DNA from: Eledone cirrhosa
Taxonomy: Eukaryota
Assembly (NCBI GenBank): GCA_964016885.1
Contig: CAXHJY010000928.1
Span: 682,001-746,000, forward strand
Reading direction: 5' to 3'
Length of the DNA stretch: 64,000 nt
Shown: in pieces, positions 1 through 15,000 of the stretch
Numbering within the stretch: position 1 is the first letter of the stretch
How the letters are laid out: each line of letters opens with the position of its first letter
The notes under the pieces: generated by a model
Databases searched by the model: none
Seen by the model: only the letters and a program-made list of their open reading frames with translations
Told to the model about the DNA's origin: nothing
Position numbers and translations under genes: made by a program

Positions 1-3000
1 TTGTGTTAGTGATGTTATGAGAGAGACATGTGACAACACTTACTACGCTGTCATCATTGTATTAGTGGTGTTATGAGAGAGACATGAGACAACACTTACT
101 ACGCTGTCATCATTGTGTTAGTGATGTTATGAGAGAGACATGAGACAGCACTTGCTACACTGTCATCATTGTGTTAGTGATGTAATGAGAGAGACATGAG
201 ACAACACTTACTACACTGTCATCATTGTGTTAGTGATGTTATGAGAGAGACATGAGACAACACTTACTACACTGTCATCATTGTGTTACTGATGTTATGA
301 GAGACACAAGAGACAACACTTACTACACTGTCATCATTGTTAGTGATGTTATGAGAGACACAAGAGACAACACTTACTACACTGTCATCATTGTGTTAGT
401 GATGTTATGAGAGACACAAACGAAAACACTTACTACACTGTCATCATTGTGTTAGTGATGTTTTGTGAGACACAAGAGACAACACTGACTACACTGTCAT
501 CATTGTGTTAGTGATGTTATGAGAGAGACATGAGACAACACTTACTACACTGTCATCATTGTGTTAGTGATGTTATGAGAGAGACATGAGACAACACTTA
601 CTACACTGTCATCATTGTATTAGTGATGTTATGAGAGAGACAAGAGACAACACTTACTACACTGTCATCATTGTGTTAGTGTTGTTATGAGAGAGATGTT
701 GAGACAGCATTTACTACACTGTCATCATTGTATTAGTGGTGTTATGAGAGAGACATGAGACAACACTTACTACACTGTCATCATTGTATTAGTGATGTTA
801 TGAGAGAGATAAGAGACAACACTTACTACACTGTCATCATTGTATTAGTGGTGTTATGAGAGAGATGTTGAGACAGCACTTACTACACTGTCATCATTGT
901 GTTAGTGATGTTATGAGAGAGACATGAGACAGCACTTACTACACTGCATTCATTGTGTTAGTGATGTTATGAGAGACACAAGAGACAACACTTTCTACGC
1001 TGTCATCATTGTGTTAGTGATGTTATGAGACAACACTTACTACACTGTCATCATTGTGTTAGTGATGTTATGAGAGAGACATGAGACAACACTTACTACA
1101 CTGTCATCATTGTGTTAGTGATGTTATGAGAGACACAAGAGACAACACTTACTACGCAGTCATCATTGTGTTATTGATGTTATGAGAGAGACATGAGACA
1201 ACACTTACTACATTGTCATCATTGTGTTAGTGATGTTATGAGAGAGACATGAGACAACACTTACTACACTGTTATCATTGTGTTAGTGATGTTATGAGAG
1301 AGACATGAGACAACACTTACTACACTGTCATCATTGTGTTAGTGATGTTATGAGAGAGACAAGAGACAACACTTACTACACTGTCATCATTTTTAGTGAT
1401 GTTATGAGAGACACAAGAGACAACACTTACTACACTGTCATCATTGTATTAGTGATGTTATGAGAGAGACAAGAGACAACACTTACTACACTGTCATCAT
1501 TGTATTAGTGGTGTTATGAGAGAGATGTTGAGACAGCACTTACTACACTGTCATCATTGTGTTAGTGATGTTATGAGAGAGACATGAGACAACACTTACT
1601 ACGCTGTCATCATTGTATTAGTGGTGTTATGAGAGAGACATGAGACGACACTTGCTACACTGTCATCATTGTGTTAGTGATGTTATGAGAGAGACATGAG
1701 ACAGCACTTACTACACTGCATTCATTGTGTTAGTGATGTTATGAGAGACACAAGAGACAACACTTACTACGCTGTCATCATTGTGTTAGTGATGTTATGA
1801 GAGAGACATGAGACAACACTTACTACACTGTCATCATTGTGTTAGTGATGTTATGAGAGACACAAGAGCCAACACTTACTACGCAGTCATCATTGTGTTA
1901 TTGATGTTATGAGAGAGACATGAGACAACACTTACTACACTGTTATCATTGTGTTAGTGATGTTATGAGAGAGACATGAGACAACACTTACTACACTGTC
2001 ATCATTATGTTAGTGATGTCATGAGAGAGACATGAGACAACACTTACTACACTGTCATCATTGTGTTACTGATGTTATGAGAGACACAAGAGACAACACT
2101 TACTACACTGTCATCATTGTTAGTGATGTTATGAGAGACACAAGAGACAACACTTACTACACTGTCATCATTGTGTTAGTGATGTTATGAGAAAGACATG
2201 AGACAACACTTGCTACACTGTCATCATTGTGTTAGTGATGTTATGAGAGAGACATGAGACAGCACTTACTACACTGCATTCATTGTGTTAGTGATGTTAT
2301 GAGAGACACAAGAGACAACACTTACTACGCTGTCATCATTGTGTTAGTGATGTTATGAGAGAGACATGAGACAACACTTACTACACTGTCATCATTGTGT
2401 TAGTGATGTTATGAGAGACACAAGAGCCAACACTTACTACGCAGTCATCATTGTGTTATTGATGTTATGAGAGAGACAAGAGACAACACTTACTACACTG
2501 TCATCATTGTATTAGTGGTGTTATGAGAGAGATGTTGAGACAGCACTTACTACACTGTCATCATTGTGTTAGTGATGTTATGAGAGAGACATGAGACAAC
2601 ACTTACTACGCTGTCATCATTGTATTAGTGGTGTTATGAGAGAGACATGAGACGACACTTGCTACACTGTCATCATTGTGTTAGTGATGTTATGAGAGAC
2701 ACAAGAGACAACACTTACTACACTGTCATCATTGTATTAGTGGTGTTATGAGAGAGACATGAGACGACACTTGCTACACTGTCATCATTGTGTTAGTGAT
2801 GTTATGAGAGACACAAGAGACAACACTTACTACACTGTCATCATTGTATTAGTGGTGTTATGAGAGAGACATGAGACGACACTTGCTACACTGTCATCAT
2901 TGTGTTAGTGATGTTATGAGAGAGACATGAGACAGCACTTACTACACTGCATTCATTGTGTTAGTGATGTTATGAGAGACACAAGAGACAACACTTACTA

Positions 3001-6000
3001 CGCTGTCATCATTGTGTTAGTGATGTTATGAGACAACACTTACTACACTGTCATCATTGTGTTAGTGATGTTATGAGAGAGACATGAGACAACACTTACT
3101 ACACTGTCATCATTGTGTTAGTGATGTTATGAGAGACACAAGAGCCAACACTTACTACGCAGTCATCATTGTGTTATTGATGTTATGAGAGAGACATGAG
3201 ACAACACTTACTACACTGTTATCATTGTGTTAGTGATGTTATGAGAGAGACATGAGACAACACTTACTACACTGTCATCATTGTGTTAGTGATGTTATGA
3301 GAGAGACATGAGACAACACTTACTACACTGTCATCATTGTGTTAGTGATGTTATGAGAGAGACAAGAGACAACACTTACTACACTGTCATCATTGTTAGT
3401 GATGTTATGAGACACATGAGACTACACTTACTACACTGTCATCATTGTGTTAGTGATTTGAGAGACACAAGAGACAACACTTACTACACTGTCATCATTG
3501 TATTAGTGGTGTTATGAGAGAGATGTTGAGACCACTTACTACACTCAGCATTGTGTTAGTGATGTTATGAGAGAGACATGAGACAACACTTACTACACTG
3601 TCATCATTGTGTTAGTGATGTTATGAGAGACACAAGAGACAACACTTACTACGCTGTCATCATTGTGTTATTGATGTTATGAGAGAGACATGAGACTACA
3701 CTTACTACATTGTCATCATCGTGTTAGTGATGTTATGAGAGAGACATGAGACAACACTTACTACACTGTCATCATTGTTAGTGATGTTATGAGAGACACA
3801 AGAGACAACACTTACTACACTGTCATCATTGTGTTACTGATGTTATGAGAGACACAAGAGACAACACTTACTACACTGTCATCATTGTTAGTGATGTTAT
3901 GAGAGACACAAGAGACAACACTTACTACACTGTCATCATTGTGTTAGTGATGTTATGAGAGAGACATGAGACAACACTTACTACACTGTCATCATTGTGT
4001 TAGTGATGTTATGAGAGACACAAGAGACAACACTTACTACGCTGTCATCATTGTGTTAGTGATGTTATGAGAGAGACATGAGACAACACTTACTACACTG
4101 TCATCATTGTGTTAGTGATGTTATGAGAGAGACATGAGACAACACTTACTACACTGTCATCATTGTGTTAGTGATGTTATGAGAGACACAAGAGACAACA
4201 CTTACTACACTGTCATCATTGTGTTAGTGATGTTATGAGAGACACAAACGACAACACTTACTACACTGTCATCATTGTGTTAGTGATGTTTTGAGAGACA
4301 CAAGAGACAACACTTACTACACTGTCATCATTGTGTTAGTGATGTTATGAGAGAGACATGAGACAACACTTACTACACTGTCATCATTGTGTTAGTGTTG
4401 TTATGAGAGAGATGTTGAGACAGCACTTACTACACTGTCATCATTGTATTAGTGGTGTTATGAGAGAGACATGAGACAACACTTACTACACTGTCATCAT
4501 TGTGTTAGTGATGTTATGAGAGAGACATGAGACAACACTTACTACACTGTCATCATTGTGTTACTGATGTTATGAGAGACACAAGAGACAACACTTACTA
4601 CACTGTCATCATTGTTAGTGATGTTATGAGAGACACAAGAGACTACACTGTCATCATTGTGTTAGTGATGTTATGAGAAAGACATGAGACAACACTTACT
4701 ACACTGTCATCATTGTGTTAGTGATGTTATGAGAGACACAAACGACAACACTTACTACACTGTCATCATTGTATTAGTAATGTTATGAGAGAGACAAGAG
4801 ACAACACTTACTACACTGTCATCATTGTGTTAGTGTTGTTATGAGAGAGATGTTGAGACAGCACTTACTACACTGTCATCATTGTATTAGTGGTGTTATG
4901 AGAGAGACATGAGACAACACTTACTACACTGTCATCATTGTGTTAGTGATGTTATGAGAGAGACATGAGACAACACTTACTACACTGTCATCATTGTGTT
5001 ACTGATGTTATGAGAGACACAAGAGACAACACTTACTACACTGTCATCATTGTTAGTGATGTTATGAGAGACACAAGAGACAACACTTACTACACTGTCA
5101 TCATTGTGTTAGTGATGTTATGAGAAAGACATGAGACAACACTTACTACACTGTCATCATTGTGTTTGTGATGTAATGAGAGAAACAAGAGACAACACTT
5201 ACTACACTGTCATCATTTTTAGTGATGTTATGAGAGACACAAGAGACAACACTTACTACACTGTCATCATTGTATTAGTGATGTTATGAGAGAGACAAGA
5301 GACAACACTTACTACACTGTCATCATTGTATTAGTGGTGTTATGAGAGAGATGTTGAGACAGCACTTACTACACTGTCATCATTGTGTTAGTGATGTTAT
5401 GAGAGAGACATGAGACAACACTTACTACGCTGTCATCATTGTATTAGTGGTGTTATGAGAGAGACATGAGACGACACTTGCTACACTGTCATCATTGTGT
5501 TAGTGATGTTATGAGAGAGACATGAGACAGCACTTACTACACTGCATTCATTGTGTTAGTGATGTTATGAGAGACACAAGAGACAACACTTACTACGCTG
5601 TCATCATTGTGTTAGTGATGTTATGAGAGAGACATGAGACAACACTTACTACACTGTCATCATTGTGTTAGTGATGTTATGAGAGACACAAGAGCCAACA
5701 CTTACTACGCAGTCATCATTGTGTTATTGATGTTATGAGAGAGACATGAGACAACACTTACTACACTGTTATCATTGTGTTAGTGATGTTATGAGAGAGA
5801 CATGAGACAACACTTACTACACTGTCATCATTGTGTTAGTGATGTTATGAGAGAGACATGAGACAACACTTACTACACTGTCATCATTGTGTTAGTGATG
5901 TTATGAGAGACACAAGAGACAACACTTACTACACTGTCATCATTGTGTTAGTGATGTTATGAGAGACACAAACGACAACACTTACTACACTGTCATCATT

Positions 6001-9000
6001 GTGTTAGTGATGTTTTGAGAGACACAAGAGACAACACTTACTACACTGTCATCATTGTATTAGTGGTGTTATGAGAGAGACATGAGACAACACTTACTAC
6101 ACTGTCATCATTGTGTTAGTGATGTTATGAGAGAGACATGAGACAACACTTACTACACTGTCATCATTGTGTTACTGATGTTATGAGAGACACAAGAGAC
6201 AACACTTACTACACTGTCATCATTGTTAGTGATGTTATGAGAGACACAAGAGACTACACTGTCATCATTGTGTTAGTGATGTTATGAGAAAGACATGAGA
6301 CAACACTTACTACACTGTCATCATTGTGTTAGTGATGTTATGAGAGACACAAACGACAACACTTACTACACTGTCATCATTGTGTTAGTGATGTTATGAG
6401 AGAGACATGAGACAACACTTACTACACTGTCATCATTGTATTAGTGATGTTATGAGAGAGACAAGGGACAACACTTACTACACTGTCATCATTGTGTTAG
6501 TGTTGTTATGAGAGAGATGTTGAGACAGCACTTACTACACTGTCATCATTGTATTAGTGGTGTTATGAGAGAGACATGAGACAACACTTACTACACTGTC
6601 ATCATTGTGTTAGTGATGTTATGAGAGAGACATGAGACAACACTTACTACACTGTCATCATTGTGTTAGTGATGTTATGAGAGAGACATGTGACAACACT
6701 TACTACGCTGTCATCATTGTATTAGTGGTGTTATGAGAGAGACATGAGACAACACTTACTACGCTGTCATCATTGTGTTAGTGATGTTATGAGAGAGACA
6801 TGAGACAGCACTTACTACACTGTCATCATTGTGTTAGTGATGTCATGAGAGAGACATGAGACAACACTTACTACGCTGTCATCATTGTGTTAGTGATGTT
6901 ATGAGAGAGACATGAGACATCACTTACTACACTGTCATCATTGTGTTAGTGATGTTATGAGAGAGACATGAGACAACACTTACTACACTGTCATCATTGT
7001 GTTAGTGATGTTATGAGAGACACAAGAGACAACACTTACTACACTGTCATCATTGTGTTAGTGATGTTATGAGAGAGACATGAGACAACACTTACTACAC
7101 TGTCATCATTGTGTTAGTGATGTTATGAGAGAGACATGAGACAACACTTACTACACTGTCATCATTGTGTTAGTGATGTTATGAGAGACACAAGAGACAA
7201 CACTTACTACACTGTCATCATTGTGTTAGTGATGTTATGAGAGAGACATGAGACAACACTTACTACACTGTCATCATTGTGTTAGTGATGTTATGAGAGA
7301 GACATGAGACAACACTTACTACACTGTCATCATTGTGTTAGTGATGTTATGAGAGACACAAGAGACAACACTTACTACGCTGTCATCATTGTGTTATTGA
7401 TGTTATGAGAGAGACATGAGACTACACTTACTACATTGTCATCATTGTGTTAGTGATGTTATGAGAGAGACATGAGACAACACTTACTACACTGTCATCA
7501 TTGTGTTACTGATGTTATGAGAGACACAAGAGACAACACTTACTACACTGTCATCATTGTTAGTGATGTTATGAGAGACACAAGAGACAACACTTACTAC
7601 ACTGTCATCATTGTGTTAGTGATGTTATGAGAGACACAAACGACAACACTTACTACACTGTCATCATTGTGTTAGTGATGTTTTGAGAGACACAAGAGAC
7701 AACACTTACTACACTGTCATCATTGTGTTAGTGATGTTATGAGAGAGACATGAGACAACACTTACTACACTGTCATCATTGTGTTAGTGATGTTATGAGA
7801 GAGACATGAGACAACACTTACTACACTGTCATCATTGTATTAGTGATGTTATGAGAGAGACAAGAGACAACACTTACTACACTGTCATCATTGTTTTAGT
7901 GTTGTTATGAGAGAGATGTTGAGACAGCACTTACTACACTGTCATCATTGTATTAGTGGTGTTATGAGAGAGACATGAGACAACACTTACTACACTGTCA
8001 TCATTGTGTTAGTGATGTTATGAGAGAGACATGAGACAACACTTACTACACTGTCATCATTGTGTTACTGATGTTATGAGAGACACAAGAGACAACACTT
8101 ACTACACTGTCATCATTGTATTAGTGGTGTTATGAGAGAGACATGAGACAACACTTACTACACTGTCATCATTGTGTTAGTGATGTTATGAGAGACACAA
8201 GAGACAACACTTACTACACGGTCATCATTGTGTTACTGATGTTATGAGAGAGATGTTGAGACAGCACTTACTACACTGTCATCATTGTTAGTGATGTTAT
8301 GAGAGACACAAGAGACAACACTTACTACACTGTCATCATTGTGTTAGTGATGTTATGAGAGACACAAACGACAACACTTACTACACTGTCATCATTGTGT
8401 TAGTGATGTTTTGAGAGACACAAGAGACAACACTTACTACACTGTCATCATTGTGTTAGTGATGTTATGAGAGAGACATGAGACAACACTTACTACGCTG
8501 TCATCATTGTATTAGTGGTGTTATGAGAGAGACATGAGACGACACTTGCTACACTGTCATCATTGTGTTAGTGATGTTATGAGAGAGACATGAGACAGCA
8601 CTTACTACACTGCATTCATTGTGTTAGTGATGTTATGAGAGACACAAGAGACAACACTTACTACGCTGTCATCATTGTGTTAGTGATGTTATGAGAGACA
8701 CAAGAGACAACACTTACTACGCTGTCATCATTGTGTTAGTGATGTTATGAGACAACACTTACTACACTGTCATCATTGTGTTAGTGATGTTATGAGAGAG
8801 ACATGAGACAACACTTACTACACTGTCATCATTGTGTTAGTGATGTTATGAGAGACACAAGAGCCAACACTTACTACGCAGTCATCATTGTGTTATTGAT
8901 GTTATGAGAGAGACATGAGACAACACTTACTACACTGTTATCATTGTGTTAGTGATGTTATGAGAGAGACATGAGACAACACTTACTACACTGTCATCAT

Positions 9001-12000
9001 TGTGTTAGTGATGTTATGAGAGAGACATGAGACAACACTTACTACACTGTCATCATTGTGTTAGTGATGTTATGAGAGACACGAGAGACAACACTTACTA
9101 CACTGTCATCATTGTGTTAGTGATGTTATGAGAGACACAAACGACAACACTTACTACACTGTCATCATTGTGTTAGTGATGTTTTGAGAGACACAAGAGA
9201 CAACACTTACTACACTGTCATCATTGTATTAGTGGTGTTATGAGAGAGACATGAGACAACACTTACTACACTGTCATCATTGTGTTAGTGATGTTATGAG
9301 AGAGACATGAGACAACACTTACTACACTGTCATCATTGTGTTACTGATGTTATGAGAGACACAAGAGACAACACTTACTACACTGTCATCATTGTTAGTG
9401 ATGTTATGAGAGACACAAGAGACTACACTGTCATCATTGTGTTAGTGATGTTATGAGAAAGACATGAGACAACACTTACTACACTGTCATCATTGTGTTA
9501 GTGATGTTATGAGAGACACAAACGACAACACTTACTACACTGTCATCATTGTGTTAGTGATGTTATGAGAGAGACATGAGACAACACTTACTACACTGTC
9601 ATCATTGTATTAGTGATGTTATGAGAGAGACAAGGGACAACACTTACTACACTGTCATCATTGTGTTAGTGTTGTTATGAGAGAGAGGTTGAGACAGCAC
9701 TTACTACACTGTCATCATTGTATTAGTGGTGTTATGAGAGAGACATGAGACAACACTTACTACACTGTCATCATTGTGTTAGTGATGTTATGAGAGAAAC
9801 ATGAGACAACACTTACTACACTGTCATCATTGTGTTACTGATGTTATGAGAGACACAAGAGACAACACTTACTACACTGTCATCATTGTTAGTGATGTTA
9901 TGAGAGACACAAGAGACAACACTTACTACACTGTCATCATTGTGTTAGTGATGTTATGAGAAAGACATGAGACAACACTTACTACACTGTCATCATTGTG
10001 TTTGTGATGTTATGAGAGACACAAGAGACAACACTTACTACACTGTCATCATTTTTAGTGATGTTATGAGAGACACAAGAGACAACACTTACTACACTGT
10101 CATCATTGTATTAGTGATGTTATGAGAGAGACAAGAGACAACACTTACTACACTGTCATCATTGTATTAGTGGTGTTATGAGAGAGATGTTGAGACAGCA
10201 CTTACTACACTGTCGTCATTGTGTTAGTGATGTTATGAGAGAGACAAGAGACAACACTTACTACACTGTCATCATTGTATTAGTGGTGTTATGAGAGAGA
10301 TGTTGAGACAGCACTTACTACACTCAGCATTGTGTTAGTGATGTTATGAGAGAGACATGAGACAACACTTACTACACTGTCATCATTGTGTTAGTGATGT
10401 TATGAGAGAGACATGTGACAACACTTACTACGCTGTCATCATTGTATTAGTGGTGTTATGAGAGAGACATGAGACAACACTTACTACGCTGTCATCATTG
10501 TGTTAGTGATGTTATGAGAGAGACATGAGACAGCACTTACTACACTGTCATCATTGTGTTAGTGATGTCATGAGAGAGACATGAGACAACACTTACTACG
10601 CTGTCATCATTGTGTTAGTGATGTTATGAGAGAGACATGAGACATCACTTACTACACTGTCATCATTGTGTTAGTGATGTTATGAGAGAGACATGAGACA
10701 ACACTTACTACACTGTCATCATTGTGTTAGTGATGTTATGAGAGACACAAGAGACAACACTTACTACACTGTCATCATTGTGTTAGTGATGTTATGAGAG
10801 AGATATGAGACAACACTTACTACACTATCATCATTGTGTTAGTGATGTTATGAGAGAGACATGAGACAACACTTACTACACTGTCATCATTGTGTTAGTG
10901 ATGTTATGAGAGACACAAGAGACAACACTTACTACACTGTCATCATTGTGTTAGTGATGTTATGAGAGAGACATGAGACAACACTTACTACACTGTCATC
11001 ATTGTGTTAGTGATGTTATGAGAGAGACATGAGACAACACTTACTACACTGTCATCATTGTGTTAGTGATGTTATGAGAGACACAAGAGACAACACTTAC
11101 TACGCTGTCATCATTGTGTTATTGATGTTATGAGAGAGACATGAGACTACACTTACTACATTGTCATCATTGTGTTAGTTATGTTATGAGAGAGACATGA
11201 GACAACACTTACTACACTGTCATCATTGTGTTACTGATGTTATGAGAGACACAAGAGACAACACTTACTACACTGTCATCATTGTTAGTGATGTTATGAG
11301 AGACACAAGAGACAACACTTACTACACTGTCATCATTGTGTTAGTGATGTTATGAGAGACACAAACGACAACACTTACTACACTGTCATCATTGTGTTAG
11401 TGATGTTTTGAGAGACACAAGAGACAACACTTACTACACTGTCATCATTGTGTTAGTGATGTTATGAGAGAGACATGAGACAACACTTACTACACTGTCA
11501 TCATTGTGTTAGTGATGTTATGAGAGAGACATGAGACAACACTTACTACACTGTCATCATTGTATTAGTGATGTTATGAGAGAGACAAGAGACAAAACTT
11601 ACTACACTGTCATCATTGTGTTAGTGTTGTTATGAGAGAGATGTTGAGACAGCACTTACTACACTGTCATCATTGTATTAGTGGTGTTATGAGAGAGACA
11701 TGAGACAACACTTACTACACTGTCATCATTGTGTTAGTGATGTTATGAGAGAGACATGAGACAACACTTACTACACTGTCATCATTGTGTTACTGATGTT
11801 ATGAGAGACACAAGAGACAACACTTACTACACTGTCATCATTGTATTAGTGGTGTTATGAGAGAGACATGAGACAACACTTACTACACTGTCATCATTGT
11901 GTTAGTGATGTTATGAGAGACACAAGAGACAACACTTACTACACGGTCATCATTGTGTTAGTGTTGTTATGAGAGAGATGTTGAGACAGCACTTACTACA

Positions 12001-15000
12001 CTGTCATCATTGTATTAGTGGTGTTATGAGAGAGACATGAGACAACACTTACTACACTGTCATCATTGTGTTAGTGATGTTATGAGAGAGACATGAGACA
12101 ACACTTACTACACTGTCATCATTGTGTTACTGATGTTATGAGAGACACAAGAGACAACACTTACTACACTGTCATCATTGTTAGTGATGTTATGAGAGAC
12201 ACAAGAGTCAACACTTACTACACTGTCATCATTGTGTTAGTGATGTTATGAGAGAGACATGAGACAACACTTACTACACTGTCATCATTGTGTTACTGAT
12301 GTTATGAGAGACACAAGAGACAACACTTACTACACTGTCATCATTGTTAGTGATGTTATGAGAGACACAAGAGACAACACTTACTACACTGTCATCATTG
12401 TGTTAGTGATGTTATGAGAGACACAAACGACAACACTTACTACACTGTCATCATTGTGTTAGTGATGTTTTGAGAGACACAAGAGACAACACTTACTACA
12501 CTGTCATCATTGTGTTAGTGATGTTATGAGAGAGACATGAGACAACACTTACTACACTGTCATCATTGTGTTAGTGATGTTATGAGAGAGACATGAGACA
12601 ACACTTACTACGCTGTCATCATTGTATTAGTGGTGTTATGAGAGAGACATGAGACGACACTTGCTACACTGTCATCATTGTGTTAGTGATGTTATGAGAG
12701 ACACAAGAGACAACACTTACTACACTGTCATCATTGTGTTAGTGATGTTATGAGAGACACAAGAGACAACACTTACTACGCTGTCATCATTGTGTTAGTG
12801 ATGTTATGAGACAACACTTGCTACACTGTCATCATTGTGTTAGTGATGTTATGAGAGAGACATGAGACAGCACTTACTACACTGCATTCATTGTGTTAGT
12901 GATGTTATGAGAGACACAAGAGACAACACTTACTACGCTGTCATCATTGTGTTAGTGATGTTATGAGAGACACAAGAGACAACACTTACTACGCTGTCAT
13001 CATTGTGTTAGTGATGTTATGAGACAACACTTACTACACTGTCATCATTGTGTTAGTGATGTTATGAGAGAGACATGAGACAACACTTACTACAGTGTCA
13101 TCATTGTGTTAGTGATGTTATGAGAGACACAAGAGACAACACTTACTACGCAGTCATCATTGTGTTATTGATGTTATGAGAGAGACATGAGACTACACTT
13201 ACTACATTGTCATCATTGTGTTAGTGATGTTATGAGAGAGACATGAGACAACACTTACTACACTGTTATCATTGTGTTAGTGATGTTATGAGAGAGACAT
13301 GAGACAACACTTACTACACTGTCATCATTGTGTTAGTGATGTTATGAGAGAGACAAGAGACAACACTTACTACACTGTCATCATTGTTAGTGATGTTATG
13401 AGACACATGAGACTACACTTACTACACTGTCATCATTGTGTTAGTGATTTGAGAGACACAAGAGACAACACTTACTACGCTGTCATCATTGTGTTAGTGA
13501 TGTTATGAGAGAGACATGAGACAACACTTACTACACTGTCATCATTGTATTAGTGGTGTTATGAGAGAGACATGAGACAACACTTACTACACTGTCATCA
13601 TTGTGTTAGTGATGTTATGAGATAGACATGAGACAACATTTACTACACTGTCATCATTGTATTAGTGATGTTATGAGAGAGACAAGAGACAACACTTACT
13701 ACACTGTCATCATTGTATTAGTGGTGTTATGAGAGAGATGTTGAGACAGCACTTACTACACTCAGCATTGTGTTAGTGATGTTATGAGAGAGACATGAGA
13801 CAACACTTACTACACTCTCATCATTGTGTTAGTGATGTTATGAGAGAGACATGTGACAACACTTACTACGCTGTCATCATTGTATTAGTGGTGTTATGAG
13901 AGAGACATGAGACAACACTTACTACGCTGTCATCATTGTGTTAGTGATGTTATGAGAGAGACATGAGACAGCACTTGCTACACTGTCATCATTGTGTTAG
14001 TGATGTAATGAGAGAGACATGAGACAACACTTACTACACTGTCATCATTGTGTTAGTGATGTTATGAGAGAGACATGAGACAACACTTACTACACTGTCA
14101 TCATTGTGTTACTGATGTTATGAGAGACACAAGAGACAACACTTACTACACTGTCATCATTGTTAGTGATGTTATGAGAGACACAAGAGACAACACTTAC
14201 TACACTGTCATCATTGTGTTAGTGATGTTATGAGAGACACAAACGAAAACACTTACTACACTGTCATCATTGTGTTAGTGATGTTTTGTGAGACACAAGA
14301 GACAACACTGACTACACTGTCATCATTGTGTTAGTGATGTTATGAGAGAGACATGAGACAACACTTACTACACTGTCATCATTGTGTTAGTGATGTTATG
14401 AGAGAGACATGAGACAACACTTACTACACTGTCATCATTGTATTAGTGATGTTATGAGAGAGACAAGAGACAACACTTACTACACTGTCATCATTGTGTT
14501 AGTGTTGTTATGAGAGAGATGTTGAGACAGCATTTACTACACTGTCATCATTGTATTAGTGGTGTTATGAGAGAGACATGAGACAACACTTACTACACTG
14601 TCATCATTGTATTAGTGATGTTATGAGAGAGATAAGAGACAACACTTACTACACTGTCATCATTGTATTAGTGGTGTTATGAGAGAGATGTTGAGACAGC
14701 ACTTACTACACTGTCATCATTGTGTTAGTGATGTTATGAGAGAGACATGAGACAGCACTTACTACACTGCATTCATTGTGTTAGTGATGTTATGAGAGAC
14801 ACAAGAGACAACACTTTCTACGCTGTCATCATTGTGTTAGTGATGTTATGAGACAACACTTACTACACTGTCATCATTGTGTTAGTGATGTTATGAGAGA
14901 GACATGAGACAACACTTACTACACTGTCATCATTGTGTTAGTGATGTTATGAGAGACACAAGAGACAACACTTACTACGCAGTCATCATTGTGTTATTGA

